Assembly: GCF_009914755.1 (NCBI RefSeq)
Contig: NC_060937.1
Source: the human T2T-CHM13v2.0 reference genome, Homo sapiens
DNA length: 64,000 nt
Strand: one strand, 5' to 3'
Within the stretch, counting starts at the first letter, position 1, and every line of letters starts with the position of its first letter. The position numbers were made by a program, and so were the translations under genes. The notes under the pieces were generated by a model. The model saw nothing but the letters and a program-made list of their open reading frames with translations, had not been told where the DNA came from and searched no databases. This document shows positions 1 to 14,299 of this stretch, piece after piece.

Positions 1-559
1 TTTCTAGAAAGTTCTCCTGGACCTTGAAGGTGGCTGAGATGATCGGAAATGAACTACCAAAGTTTCAGTTATTCGGGGTGCTCTGTGGATAGACAGGATA
101 AATCCATTGGAAAATACATCTTCCTTGGCATGAAGAGGAGATCAAAGGATACTGCACCCTTCTCTCCTTCCACTGAAGTTCACAGCAGTCATAGAATTAG
201 GTAGTTGGGAGATTAACACTTGGTATTTTCATGATCTGCATATGCCAGAAAGCGAAGCCTGCAGCCAGGCAGCTTTGCTGTCTTAAATGGACGTATTTGG
301 CAGTAACTAATATCGTCCTCTAAAACAGCCGGCACCATCTTGACCTGGAGGCAGCTCCTTCCTTCTCAGCTTGATTACCCAAAAGGCAGTGTGCCCATGC
401 AGCACCGTGAAAGGTGGCCAGATGGAGTCAGGAGCCTTCATTCTGGTCACAGGATGAATGCCTCACACATTCATTAGTGGCAGAATGTCATTACACCTGC
501 AGCATGGGAACAGAAAATGAAGTCTTTACAGATAATTTTCCACTGGCTGGTTCCAATTA

Positions 560-862
560 CCTAATAAAGCAGAGGAGAAAAGAAAGTTTGTACAAATGTT
601 ATGAATTTTTATATTATTACAAATATTTACACTATTTTTTTTAAGGGACAGGATCACGCTCTGTCACCCTGACTGGTGTGCAGTGGCATGATCATAGCTC
701 ATTACAGCCTTTAATTTCTGGGCTCAAGTGATTCTCTGACCTCAGCCTCCCAAGTAGCTGGGAATACAGGTACATGACATCGTGCCTGGCTAATTTTTAA
801 AAAATTTTTTTAGAGATTGGGGTGGGTGGGTGGTCTCACTATGTTACCCAGGTTAGTCTCAA
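560..862 (+). repeat. Local duplication 1, copy A (unique flank plus AluJ)
   Basis: cctaataaagcagaggagaaaagaaa...tacaaatatttacac plus the adjoining Alu recurs at 1925-2228. Confidence 0.92.
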
Positions 863-905
863 ACTCCTGGCCTGAAGTGATCTTCCTGCCTCGCCTTCCC
901 AAGTA
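633..905 (-). mobile_element. AluJ-like SINE
   Basis: Antisense Alu (gatcatagctca, ctgggctcaagtgat); TSD ttacactatttt at 627 and 907. Confidence 0.93.
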
Positions 906-1149
906 GTTACACTATTTTCTTAGTCTTTCCATCTGTGACTAGCTCACAGAAGTTTTAAGTTGACTCAAACAATAGTACAATTGATTGGCAGCTATTAGAC
1001 ATCTTACATTTCCTAAGCTTTACAGAAAAACTCTGCAAGGTAAATATACAAACAGTATAAAATATAAATAATGTAAAAGAAACTGAGGCTCAGTGAGAGA
1101 AAGTAGGTTCAGTGTGATTCTTGTATAACACCCGGTCCTTCTCCAAGTA

Positions 1150-1310
1150 GTATTTAATCACCTGTTTAAGGCAGGTCTCCCCTCCAGGCTATGAGCTCTG
1201 AGATCAGGAACTACATTAGACTTGTTTACACCTGTATACGCAAGGTTAAGCAAGGGATATATATTAGGTGTTCAGCACACTTCGGTTGAATGGAAGAACA
1301 AATGAAGGAA
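1150..1310 (+). mobile_element. L2 LINE 3' end relic
   Basis: ctatgagctctgagatcaggaac...taggtgttcagcacacttcggttgaatggaagaa resembles an L2 3' terminus. Confidence 0.6.
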
Positions 1311-1924
1311 AGAAAACTGTGTCCAAGGAAACATGTTTGTTTGTATAGAGATATTTTGGTGAAGTCCTTATTTGAGAGGAAATGGCCCGGCACCATCCCT
1401 AACATTCTTACATTAGTGTGTTTCGGAAGCTGGAAGCGGTTGATCTCAGAGGCATGTCGTAAACCTGCTAAGAGCAGCTGGTTATTCTAACTCATCGCTC
1501 AGTCCATAGAACAGAAATTGCTTTAAGATTGAAGATTGAAGTGGTCAGGTGTGTTCTGATTACTTTAATGAGCGTCACTCTCTCTCACATCTGATAAAAT
1601 ACCTTATGGTCCAGAGTTCTGTGTTTCAGATAAACCATGTCTCTAGAACATTGTTGTATTTTCTGTTGTTTTCCCTCTAGAGAAAGAGGGCAGTAATGTT
1701 TCTGTAGTCCGTCCCCCTGCGCCTACCTTCCGCCAGCTCATGGCAACTATAAAGGGAATGAGGCTTTCATTCCTAACTGTTTGCAGGGGGCTTGAGTTCC
1801 CAAATGAGCATATACGACCAAACTGATATAATAGAAACTCTTAAGTTGCCTATAAATTATAGTACTCTATTTTCTCTTAGTCTAAGAGCCACTTTACCTC
1901 TGGGATTGGAGGGGTTGACTGTGT

Positions 1925-2228
1925 CCTAATAAAGCAGAGGAGAAAAGAAATTTTGTACAAATGTTACAAATTTTTATATTATTACAAATATTTACACCAT
2001 TTTTTTAAGGGGCAGGATCATGCTCTGTCACCCAGACTGGAGTGCAGTGGCATGATCATAGCTCACTACAGCCTTGAACTTCTGGGCTCAAGTGATCCTC
2101 CCACCTCAGCCTCCCGAGTAGCTGGGAATACAGGTTATGCGACACCATACCTGGCTAATTAAAAAAAAAATTTTTTTTAGAGATTTGATTGTGGGGGGGT
2201 CTTACTATGTTGCCCAGGCTGGTCTTGA
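1925..2228 (+). repeat. Local duplication 1, copy B (contains truncated antisense AluJ at 2000-2228)
   Basis: Aligns to 560-862 including about 73 bp of non-Alu flank; the Alu stops mid left arm and lacks the second TSD. Confidence 0.92.
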
Positions 2229-2574
2229 CACCAGATGCGGTAGCTAACTTGTGTTTGGGATCTATGAGATACAGTCACTCACACCACTGAGGGCCACAGC
2301 AGGTGCCAGCCAGCAGCCTTGGGTTTCTCCTCTCTTTCTCACCTCAGGAGGTCACACAGGGAGAGGCAGAATCACCAGGATTCTGTTTCTCCTTACCCTC
2401 CCTCTCTCTCTCACCTCCCTGAGCAAATATATGTTGTGACTCCACCACACCAAGCCTTTCCCAGGAGTCAATCCACTGCACTTGGCCCAGGAGACACAAA
2501 GAAAAGGCTCTCTCCTCATACTTGAGGGTCCACAGCCTAGTGAGGTTCACAGCCATGAACCAAAAATTACACTA

Positions 2575-2893
<319 letters not shown>

Positions 2894-3697
2894 ATAACTA
2901 CAAGAAAATGAAATATAAAGAAAGGTGTGTACAAATGGTGTGGGGACGTGGAGGTGGCAACAGCTAGCTGAGTGTGGGAGCTGGGAAGGCTGCAGGGAAG
3001 AGGTGCTGTTTGACCCGGGTCTCAAGGGCGGAGTGTGAGTTCGCTGGGCCTAGAAGAGGCAGAAAACCTATAGAGGGAGGGGATATCCCAGTTATAGCAA
3101 GAGGGGAAGGGAAGAATGAGGTGGGCAGAAGATGCCACTGGGGACTGACCTTTTCCTTTGAACTGACGTATTTTATGAGAAAAGAAGTGTAAGACTTAAA
3201 CATTTCATTTCACCCTGCGCACCAGCCAGAGAGGCCGATGGTCTCAAGTCTCCTGTACCTTGCTATGCACAAGGCTCGCATAAGTAAAGGAAAAAGACCA
3301 AACTAAAGGTGTCTTCTCCAGACCTGCCTCCTGTGAAGCCACCTCTGGGCAGGTGAACTGGGCTGGCAGAAGTCAGTCTCCTGTCCCTTCCCAGGCCCAG
3401 ACCACTTCTTTTCAGCAACCTTAGTTGGGGGTAAGAAAGAAGACGGTGGTCTTGACCTTTGAAAACACAGGAAACCTTTGTTTCTATTGGTCCTACCTTA
3501 GGTGGACACCCCTTCACACCCAGACCCCAGCAACTGCCCCTGTGGAGAGTGAAAAGCTCACACTCAGTATAGTTCATGACACAGTAAAGACTTAAACAAA
3601 TCTAGGCTAATATGTAGTCTTGAACTTGTAGTGTTTCCTTCCTACTGGCAAGATCCCAGGAGGAAAAGAAAATTTATGTTCCAAGTTAAGGGTAATC

Positions 3698-4012
3698 GGT
3701 CCAGATATGGTGGCTCTCGCCATAATAATCCTAGCATTTTGGGAAGCCGAAGTGAGAGGATTGCTTGAGGCCAAGAGTTCAAAACCACACTGGGCAACAT
3801 AGGGAGACCCCTGGCTCTATAAAAATTTAAAAACTTAGGCAGGTGTGGTGATATATGCCTGCAGCCCAAGCTATTTAGGAGGCTGAGGCAGGATGATAGC
3901 TTGAGCCCAGGAATTCCAGGTTGCAGTGAGCTCTGCTCACACCACTGCACTCCAGCCTGGGTGACAGAGAGAGACTCTCTCAAAAAAACAAAACAAAACA
4001 AAACAAATTTAA
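3698..4012 (+). mobile_element. AluJ-like SINE
   Basis: ggattgcttgaggccaagagttc, gcttgagcccagg; (CAAAA)n tail. Confidence 0.92.
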
Positions 4013-5004
4013 AAGGCTAATTGTTCCCGTATTATTTTGCAGTTCCCTATTATATGAGTAGCAAGCGTGCTTGAGGCAAGATACAGCACAAAGAAGGCTT
4101 GTTCCATTTATAAGAAAGGTGAAAGCCAAGATTTGACAGAGACAAGAGGGTAATCAACTAGGAAGCTATTTTCTAATTCTAAGGATGTTACAGAAAACTC
4201 CAGAAATACCACTACCCACAAAATTAACCCTTTCCTTTTCTTAGTACTCAGAGTTGAGCCTTGTGAAAGGTCAGTTGGTATACACAATTTTCTCTTGGAG
4301 TCAGATTTCTAAATTCCCAGGAAAAATATTTGAGAATATGAAATCTTTGGGAATACACAGAAAAAGTAGAGAAAGAGTGAGCTGAATGCCACCCTCTCCT
4401 AAAATATTCTAAATAAAACTCAGGAAGAGATTTTAAAGTAAAGTGTTCAAAACATCTGGTTTCTATTTGAATATAATTAGAAACGTATCTTAATATGCAA
4501 GGAATTCTAAAAGCCAAGAGGAAGTACATTTCTGGATGACCAAACACTTTGGGTGATGTCATAATCACGGCATGAAGAGAAATACCAAAGGCTCTTTGGC
4601 ATGTTTTGAGAGATTTTCTCCTCGTGTTGTTTTACTGTTCCTGTGGAAAGTTATTTACAAATGAAATAAGGAAAAGAATGAGATTTTCTCAAACAGAATT
4701 AATTAGGAGTCAAGGAGTTCCAAAGCCTAAGTGGTATAAAGACAAAAGGCGGTCGAAAAGATACATTTCCAAAAGCGAATTCATTCTAAAACAAATGTTT
4801 TGCTGCTCTCTCTTTCCATTGTCTGACCTTTCCCACTCCTGTTTGTTTTTCTTTGGTCCATTTTCCACTCTGGGAGTAACAAAGAAAGACGAGTTTGCAC
4901 TTGATTAGGAGAACCCGAAAAAGTAAAAACATGGCCACCGTCTGGCTCCTTGCCCCAGCTCACTCACCTATTTCTCCTTGGCCAGCTTTTAAAGTCCTGA
5001 CACC

Positions 5005-5105
5005 CAGACCCATGACATTAGAATCCCTGGAGTTGGGCCAAGGTGTCAGTCTTTTAAAAACTCCACGGCTGACGCCTGTGTGCAGCCAAGGTTGAGAACC
5101 ACCGT
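5005..5105. mobile_element. MER5-like hAT DNA transposon fragment
   Basis: tttaaaaactccacggctga...gtgcagccaaggttgagaaccac is a typical MER5 terminus. Confidence 0.65.
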
Positions 5106-5357
5106 CCTCAACTGAACAACGTCATGGCTGGGAGACTCCCGGAGACTCCAGGCCAGCAACCAAGTGCTTCCCAGGCCTTTGGTGTCACAGACCAGCAACC
5201 TTTCCGAAAAGGGCTTGGGAGGCCAATATATATTTTGGTTTATCAAGACATTAAAAACAACAATTACCATCTACTATCATGATTATTTCATGAAAAAAGC
5301 ACATTTCAATATCAAAATAGCAGAGAGGACATAATCTTAGAATATTACAAATCTCAT

Positions 5358-5500
5358 TATATATAATATATGCATATATACACACCTATGTATGTGTGTA
5401 TATATGTTTACATATGTACACACACCTAGGTATGTGTTATGTGTTTTACATATGTATATATGTATATATATGCCTATAAGTATGTGTATATACATATATA
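5358..5500. repeat. (TATATG/TACA)n low-complexity repeat
   Basis: Alternating purine-pyrimidine AT-rich run. Confidence 0.85.
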
Positions 5501-6425
<925 letters not shown>

Positions 6426-7457
6426 AGCACAGATTCTTGGATAACAGACCAGGTAACGATGTATTCAATGCCAGCAAACAGGCCTGCCTGCCCTTCCCTC
6501 ATTTCAAGTCCAAGGATTTTAAGTATTATGTACATTGATTTGTGTCTGGAATGTTCCAATCTCATTTCATCACCTTGATGATTACTGAATATTTCTATCC
6601 AAAGACATTCAGGCAAAAGGTGAGGCATCTGCTTATAAACAGGGACTCCTGAGAGGAGAAAGAGTTGGAAATCTGGCAGCTGGTATTAGTTGCAGTCTCT
6701 AATGTTGATTTGGATGGAAGGCCTCAGATGGTGGAGCCTAACCCAGAATTTCCATGTTCTAAGGTCTCCTGACCACTGATGGTCAAAGCTCCATTTGGCT
6801 GACATTATTGACACTTCTGCTCCCCATAGTATCTTGAGGAAAAATAGCACGGTTCCCTGCATGAAACTTTTTGGAACATAAAAGTATAGCAGCTCTGCTT
6901 TCCCTGGAGGGAATTCCACCTTCCTCTGGCATGCCTCCAGTTCTTCCAAATAGTTCTGAGAATCCCTAGAAGGGCCTCTTGTGTCCTCTAGGAACTTATC
7001 CTCTTGGAGTTGTGTGGCTTCAGCTCTGCTCTTGTGCCACTCGTGATTTCTGGAGCACCATGTCTTCTGAACAGTGCCTGCCAAAGCTCCCTCCACAGCA
7101 GCCAACACACCCTGGTGCCTGCATCAAGGCTGCTGGAACTGGGCTGTAAACACACCATGTCTGATTGTTGCTTGGGATGTGGGTGTCAAGGTTGTAGATG
7201 CCTTGCACCAAACTTCTCTCATTCTTCTAACTTATATTTTCTCGTTGATGGCAGCCCCCTTACCACGAATCAGGCTGGATCCCCATGTGCAGGGAGACTA
7301 AAGGCTGTCTGACCCACCGCATGAGCCATCCCCACCCTACCACTGATGTGAGCACGTTGATCTCTGGCCCGACATGTACAAAGGCGCTCCCTCTCTTCAG
7401 GGTGAGTTGTCCCCTAGCAAGATACTCTAATTTCTCCCCCTTATTAAAATATATCCC

Positions 7458-7560
7458 CTTGTTACAATGTATATAGAGATCAAAATACAACATGGTACCC
7501 TGTAAATATACACAATTATTATTTGCCAATTTAAAAAATATAAATTTCAAAAATAAAAAA
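7458..7560 (+). mobile_element. L1MA-like extreme 3' end fragment
   Basis: acaatgtata...atcaaaatacaacatggtaccctgtaaatatacacaattattatttgccaatt plus A-rich tail. Confidence 0.75.
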
Positions 7561-7573
7561 GCCCAAACCAAAC

Positions 7574-7934
7574 AGATATGGTTTGGCTGTGTCCCCACCC
7601 AAATCTCATCTTGAATTGTAGCTCCCGTAATTCCCATGTGTTATGAAAGGGAGCTGGTGGGAGATAATTGAATCGTGGGGACAGTTTGTCCCATGCTGTT
7701 CTCATGGTGGTGAATAAGTCTCAAGAGATTTGAAGGTTGTATAAGGGGTTTCCTCTTTGCTTGGTTCTCATTGTCTCTTTCCTGCTGACATGTGAGACGT
7801 GGCTTTCGCCTTCTGCCATGATTGTGAAGCCTCCCCGGCCATGTGGAACTGTGAGTCCATTAAACCTCTTTTTCTTTATAAATTACCCAGTCTTGGGTAT
7901 GTCTTTATCAGCAGCATGAAAATGGACTAATATG
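7574..7934 (+). mobile_element. THE1 (THE1B-like) MaLR solo LTR
   Basis: gatatggtttggctgtgtccccacccaaatctcatcttgaattgtagctccc...gtctttatcagcagcatgaaaatggactaata; 5-bp TSD caaac at 7569 and 7935. Confidence 0.95.
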
Positions 7935-8504
7935 CAAACCAAAACAAATATATCCTATTAGGGCCCCCCCTGTTTCTCCACCATTGCCAAATGTGAATAA
8001 ATCTCAGAGTGGGCACAGATCAGGCTCATACTGGGATTCCGCTACATTATTTTCAAGAGAAAAATACCATATTTCAGCCACAGTTATTCAATCCACTCAT
8101 TTTTCTCTTGAGATGACTCTGCAACAAAGATGCTTCCATGTTTCAAACTGCAAATTCTAAATTTTATTCCTCTAATGAGAATAGTCCCACTATTTTGGCA
8201 TTTTGCCTTAATATGGTTTGCTCTTTAAAAAAATAGTTTTACATATACATATTAATACGTTCATTTTTCAACCCTCCCAGGGGGATTGCTGAACACGGAA
8301 TTTGAGTGTGTAGTCTTCCTGGAATATCTAAACGAACAGCCACCAAAGGGTAATGTGATGCATTGATTATTCTGCTAGGGTTCTATGCATGCATAGCTAA
8401 TCAAATTTCTTTTTCCCTTTTACAAAGAAAATTTCTTCTTGGACTGCTCGACTTTGGGAACAGCAAGTTGGATCCTATCTGCAATGCTCCTTCCAAGAGA
8501 CTGT

Positions 8505-8738
8505 CACTAACTGGGCATCTACTGTATGCCAAGCACTTGTCTGATTGGTTTACATATATTAAATCACTTAATGCTCAAAACCCTAGAAAATAGGTGCTGT
8601 TATTATTATCATCATTTTTCAGATAAATAAACACATCGCAGGGAGGTTAAGCAATTTTCTCCAGGTCACACAGTAAAGGATGGAGGCTGACTTAGAACCC
8701 AGGCTGCCTGATTTCAGAATCCCCCATGTTCTTAACTG
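8505..8738 (-). mobile_element. MIR SINE
   Basis: ctactgtatgccaagcact...atttttcagat...gaggttaagcaattttctccaggtcacacag (MIR core). Confidence 0.85.
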
Positions 8739-9479
8739 TTTCGCTGCACAAGTAGCTGGATGTTCAAGTATTCTATTAGTCAGCAAACATTTATTAAGCA
8801 ACTACTATGTGCTAGGCACCATGATGAGACCCAGCAATAAAGAGATTAAGGGGAGGAGGAAACCTAGGCCATGGGTGCTAGGGTGGTGGACACACTTATT
8901 TCCCACTTCTGATATTTCCACAGATGGGAAAGACTGTACCACTCCCAGAAAGAAAGTGAAGGAGGAGGCCATCCAGCTTCTTTCTGTCCCCCTGCTCACT
9001 CCTGGGAAGCAGTGGCTTATGATGGTTTGTGATGATCAGTGATGGTTTATGATGATTATTATGGCTTATAATGATCAGTGACTGGGGAGATGAAACCTAG
9101 TAGGCCCGGTGGGGAGTTTCCCAGACCAGGCCCTTCCCCTGGGAGGGGATGATCTGCATGGCCTGTGGCTGCCCATGATGGTGGGGGAGGTCTAGCTGAT
9201 TCACTCCTATCCTGGTATCCCTACTGGCCGCCAGCTATTGAGGAGCCTGCCCAAAAGCCGAGTACCTGCTACCACTGGGCTTGTCACTGGTGACAACACC
9301 TGGGGAGGAGAAAGAATTTGTCTCCCTGTGAAAAATGGTCAGCAGGTGGAACTGAGTTTCTACCACGGGGATCTGCACTGAGAACATGAGTCGGGGAAAG
9401 CTGGATCTCTGTGCCAGCATTCTTATACCCACAAAGGCTACGCAGGGCCAGGGGTCTGTGGAGAATGTGTAAGGAAGGG

Positions 9480-10210
9480 CCCACAGAGGCAAACCAGGAG
9501 GCCAGGAAGCCCAGAGGAGGGGTTTCCACCCCAGGTGAGGAGCAGGAGATGGGTCAGGGACTTCTCTCTGAGAAAGTAGTGTATGAACTGAGTCCTGCAG
9601 GACCACCAGGCATTTGAGATTGTGCAGGGGCTGTGGGTGGGAAGACCTGTTGGGCAGGGGTAGTAGCAAATGCAGAGGCGGGAGAAGGCGTGGTGTGCTT
9701 GGATGTCTGGGCGACCTGCATGCTATTCAGAATGGCTGAAGCACAGAGGATCTGCAGCCAAGGGAGAAGAAACGAGGCTAGGAGGATGGGCAGGGATGGA
9801 GTCACGAAAAGCCTTGAATGCTGTGCCAAGGCCATTCAGATTTCACCCTGATGGCAATGAGGAGCTCTCGAAGGATTTTATAAACAAGAAATGACATGAT
9901 CAATTTTGCTTCCCCCGTGATAATATAGAAAACTGGGGACAGGACGATCTGCTGGGAGGCCGGGACAGAGGCCAGGCAAAAGATGATGAGGCCTTGAAAT
10001 AAGGAAGTGGTCATGGGGATGTAGAGGAGAGAGATTAAAGAGACACCAGTGGGTCACAGTGACTGACCAGCTCTGGGGACAAAGAGGAAAGAAAAGGACT
10101 GATTTCTGGCTTAGTGGCTGAGTGCGTGTTGGTGCTGTTCCCAAGACAGAGTGTAGGGTGAACAGGGAGAAGAGGATGGTTCAGCTGCAACCAGGTGCAT
10201 TTGAGGTGCT
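9480..10210 (-). mobile_element. L2 LINE relic
   Basis: agccttgaatgctgtgccaagg, gatggcaatgaggagct, gacatgatcaattttgct, gatttctggcttagtggctg. Confidence 0.65.
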
Positions 10211-11763
10211 CATGATGGGAGCTCTTGCCTTGAGCTCTGGTCAGCCCCTCCCATGGTCCACTGAGCTGGACCCCAATTCTTCCAGCATGCCATGCGGCGC
10301 TGCTACAATTGCAGTGATGCCCATGCATTCATGGCCTTGAATCCATTTTGTTTCTTCCCCTTGCTCTGGGTGCCAGGAGGGCATCCACTGAGGCTCTAAG
10401 GCGCGGTTCTGGGCTCCTTTCCAGGGAAACTCTAGGCCTCTCCTGTGCTCATGCTGCCTCTCAAGTGGCTCCTGCATCCTCCACACTAACCGGTTTCACA
10501 AGTTTTTTTCTGAGCATTCTTCTCCCTCCTCCACAGCCAGTTTAGAGCTTTCTTGATCAAATCGCCTAACCTCCGGGCGAACACGTTCTTCCCTTTCCTC
10601 GGGCAGGGCACCCCATCCTAGCCAAGGAGCCACCATCCCACTATCTTCAGTCACTCCCAGCTGGGTTACCCGTCTCATGTGGGCCTGTTTGTAGTCAGTT
10701 CTGCCTAGGGTTGGCAGATTTCGATTAAACCTCCCACTAGGTCCACTCTCTTCTGAGATCTGGCCTTCCAGAAGGCACACTTGGGTCTTTGAACAGGAAT
10801 GGAAGGTGATTAGGGTTGTCCCGGGGTTGGCAGAAGCGCTTGGGGCTACACCAGTGTGGGGCCGAAACAGCTCTAAGCACCTCCCACTGCCCCACCACAG
10901 ATCCAAGTTTGAGCAAGAAAGACTTCTGTGTCCTCCCTGAACTCCATCTCCTCCGCTCTGCCCACAGAGACTGGACCTGGCTTGTCAGAAGATGCCTGAA
11001 TTCTGGGCAAATCTGAAGATCACAGAAACAGTTAATTTTAGTAGACAATCAGGGATGCTAAGTTTAAAACTGAGGTAGATCTTGAATTTCCTTCTGGACC
11101 CCGCAACTGGGAGGACTTGCCTTCCAAATGTGGTTGATTGGTGTTGGCCGGCACGGAGGAGGTTGGCAGCTCCAGGCTGTCTTCTGGGAGTCTGGCCGCC
11201 CAGCTCGTTCATCTACAATGTCCATGCTTTCCCATCCAGGAGGCTTCATTCTGATGTAAATTGGAGTGCAAACATGGCTCGGTTGTAGACCAAGCTCTGC
11301 TGATGAGAAGGCATTGCTAAATGAAAACTGTCACAAAGAACCCAGACAAATGCAAGCAGCCCGACAGCCAAAATACAAAAATATCACACTGTTGACACTG
11401 CTTCTCTGATGAAGCAGGCCAGCTAAGCCAACAGAATAGCCCCAGGGTCATATATGTCAACCTCAACTCATCTTTTCTCCTGCCCCTTCCAGTTTTGGAC
11501 TGCCATGGGAAGAGCTCTGGACTGGAGGCCAGAGTATCTGGATCCTTGTTATTATCCTGTCCCTTACTGACAGGATTACACAAGCTGGTCATCAAAATTC
11601 TTTGGGTTTCACTTTTCTCATCTAAAATCATCAGATTTAAAAAGAAATGGAAGGACATTAAGTGAGAAAATGTATGTGGAAGCTTACATTCAATACAGAA
11701 ACAGTAAAATTTGAATTTTTTATAAAGCATACCTGAACTTTCATCTACTAATTTAAATGTCTC

Positions 11764-11765
11764 CT

Positions 11766-11797
<32 letters not shown>

Positions 11798-12091
11798 TTT
11801 GAGACAGGGTCTCGCTCTGTTGCCCAGGCTGGAGTGTGGTGTTATGATCACGGCTCACTGTAACCTTGAGCTCCTGGGCTCCAGTGATCTTCCCACCTCA
11901 CCCTCCTGAGAAGCTGGGACTACAGGCATGCACCACCACACCTAGCTAATTTTTAAATTTTTCTTCTTTTTTAAGGAGATGGGGTCCAGTTGTATTGCCC
12001 GGGCTGGTCTCAAACTTACGGCCTTGTGCAGTCCTCCCACCTTGGCCTCCCAAAATGTTGGAGTTACAGGCATGAGCCGTTGTGCCTGGCC
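11764..12091 (-). mobile_element. AluJ-like SINE
   Basis: Antisense Alu with poly-T; degenerate TSD taaatg(t/c)ct on both sides. Confidence 0.94.
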
Positions 12092-13295
12092 TAAATGCCT
12101 TCTTTTAAACTAACACTTTCTATGTATTTATTCAGCAAGTTGTTATCAACATAATAATAATAATGTAATAATCATGTAGAGGTATAATCTTATTAAATGG
12201 TTTTGTCTTTGTTTTAATAAGAGGTATAATCTTATTAAATGGTTTGTCTCTGGTATTTTCTGCCACCCCCAGTGCAGTCAGACAGCAGCGTGGGGCTCTA
12301 TTTTGACTGTCCTCAAGGTCGAGAACTTAGAGCAGAAATGCAGAGAGAATGAAATAAAGCCACACTCAGGTTTGGATTTCAAAATGGGCTTTGAGTCTCA
12401 CAGCAGAGATAAGAGTTTAAATGAAAAAGTTTGTCACAAAAAACAAGGCCTTGAAGAACTTAGGACATACAGTTGGCATCATAAATGACATAGTTAGAAG
12501 AAGGAATGATCAGATGAGAATGAGATTTTGCTCTCCAATGAAGTAATCCAGACCATAGGGCAGGCAGGGAAGACGTTGCAGGGATGTAGGGTATGGTGGA
12601 GCCCCTAGGTGGGTTAATGGACTGTAGAGGAGAGCTGTGCTTCTGTCTCCAGGAGCCTGGCTTGTTGGCAAAGCTGTGTCATGCTTGTGGGGCACAGCCA
12701 CAGGCAGGTGAGCATGCAGCTTGGCCAATCCACACAGGGAAGGTCTGAGACAGCCCCGCCAAGTCTCCTGTGTCCTTAGTGTGGGGCATCCAAAAATTTA
12801 CCATCTCTCCTTCTCTAAAAAAGACAAGCAGATAACAGAGAGGGTCAGGCAACCTGTAAAGGAGGGCCAACTGCGACTGCCTGGCCCACTCCCAGAGACC
12901 AGAAGAAATGCGGCCATCTCAGCCAATGCCCAGGTGGGGCAGAGACCCAGTGGAAGAGGGAGCATGTTGGCAGATGTCAGCCTGGATATATGAAGACAAC
13001 CAGGGACCTGATCCTTTGAACAGGTGGCACTATGTTAGCACCCTAGAACTCAGACGCAACTCCAGGGACATGAGTGGGGAGGGACACGTCTGAATCAACA
13101 GATAAAATCCTGCCTGGATTTACTCTGAAGTGACTAAGCAACAGAATGGGGGCTCAAGAAACAAAATTAAATTCCGTACTTTTAAAAATGAAGTTGTACA
13201 GTTTTTGCATTTCTGAGTTGTTTTGTAACCACCAAAGTATGTTACGTTTTATCACCTGTTGAGGCTTCAAAGCACGTTCACACATCATTTATTTC

Positions 13296-13400
13296 AGGGC
13301 TGATCTGCTGACCCATATGAGGACAGCCATACCAGTACCTGTTCCAATTGGCTGATGATTGCACCACATAGGTTATTAAATATTTTGAAATCGCCCCTGA
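13296..13400. mobile_element. Short hAT-like DNA transposon relic (MITE)
   Basis: Inverted termini cagggctgat...atcgcccctg, with ggttattaaatattttgaa subterminally; family not assigned. Confidence 0.5.
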
Positions 13401-13469
13401 AATTGAATGCTTATGATGTGCACAGCCATTGTGTTTGGGTCACTGTGTCTCACTTAGATTGTAAACATC

Positions 13470-13980
13470 TTCATTCATTTATTCATTCAATAAATATTTA
13501 AATTCCAGGAACCATGCAAGCAACTTAATGGTGAAAAGAAAAGAAAAATCACAGTTTCTGCTGCCATGGGCCTTACGGTCTAGTGGTAGAGGTAGACAGA
13601 ATTTAAGAATCACAAAAATGAATGGGAAATTACAATGATGATGCCTGGTACCTGGGCTTTGAGAGGCTACGTCTGTAGCCAGGGAGGTCACTTGAGGAGG
13701 CGACGACCGGGCTGAATATAAAGAAAGAGGAAGAGTTAAGCAGGTGAAGATGGAGGAAAGATGGTAGGTGGGAAAGAGGTCCTGTGCGAAGGTACTGTGG
13801 TCAGAGGCAGCATGGTACATTTGAAGGACTGAAAGGAGGCCCAAGTCACTGACATGCTGCGTATAACAGGGAGTGTGGTCCAGGGCGAGGCTGGAGTGTA
13901 GCAGGACCTGGTGGGTCATGATGATTTAGATCTTTGTCCTCTGGGGGCAGAGGTGTGGATGGTTTAAGCGAGAGCATGGG
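13470..13980 (-). mobile_element. L2 LINE 3' portion
   Basis: ttcattcatttattcattcaataaatatt tail, ggtctagtgg, cagcatggtacatttgaaggactgaaaggaggcc. Confidence 0.8.
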
Positions 13981-14299
13981 CTATAAGGGATTGTGACCCC
14001 TCTGGAGTTAATTTTTAGTACAGGCATACAAACCATACCAGAAGGGATTATGGTATTGTAATAGAATAGACTCAAAAAAAAATCTGCTCAGAATCCTGTT
14101 TCTGATTCATTTCAGCACCACCCCCTCATGGCCACCTTTTCCTTTTGCCTCTCCTGGAAACTTGTGGCTTCGTAACAGTTCACCCATACAGCTTGGATTT
14201 AGTGAGGGAATGTGCAAGCTATTTCTGTCTGTGGCAGTCCCTGAATGTTTCCTACATACAATTCAGGCTAGTTGTGGGTACAAGCTGGGTCGATGGACA

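Noticed and set aside
9013-9082. Degenerate short tandem repeat (atggcttatgatga-like)
   Set aside because: Low-copy simple repeat without spacers or other structure.
12510-13250. Possible ancient Gypsy-like LTR relic
   Set aside because: Only a vague resemblance at the 3' end; boundaries and family cannot be supported by eye.
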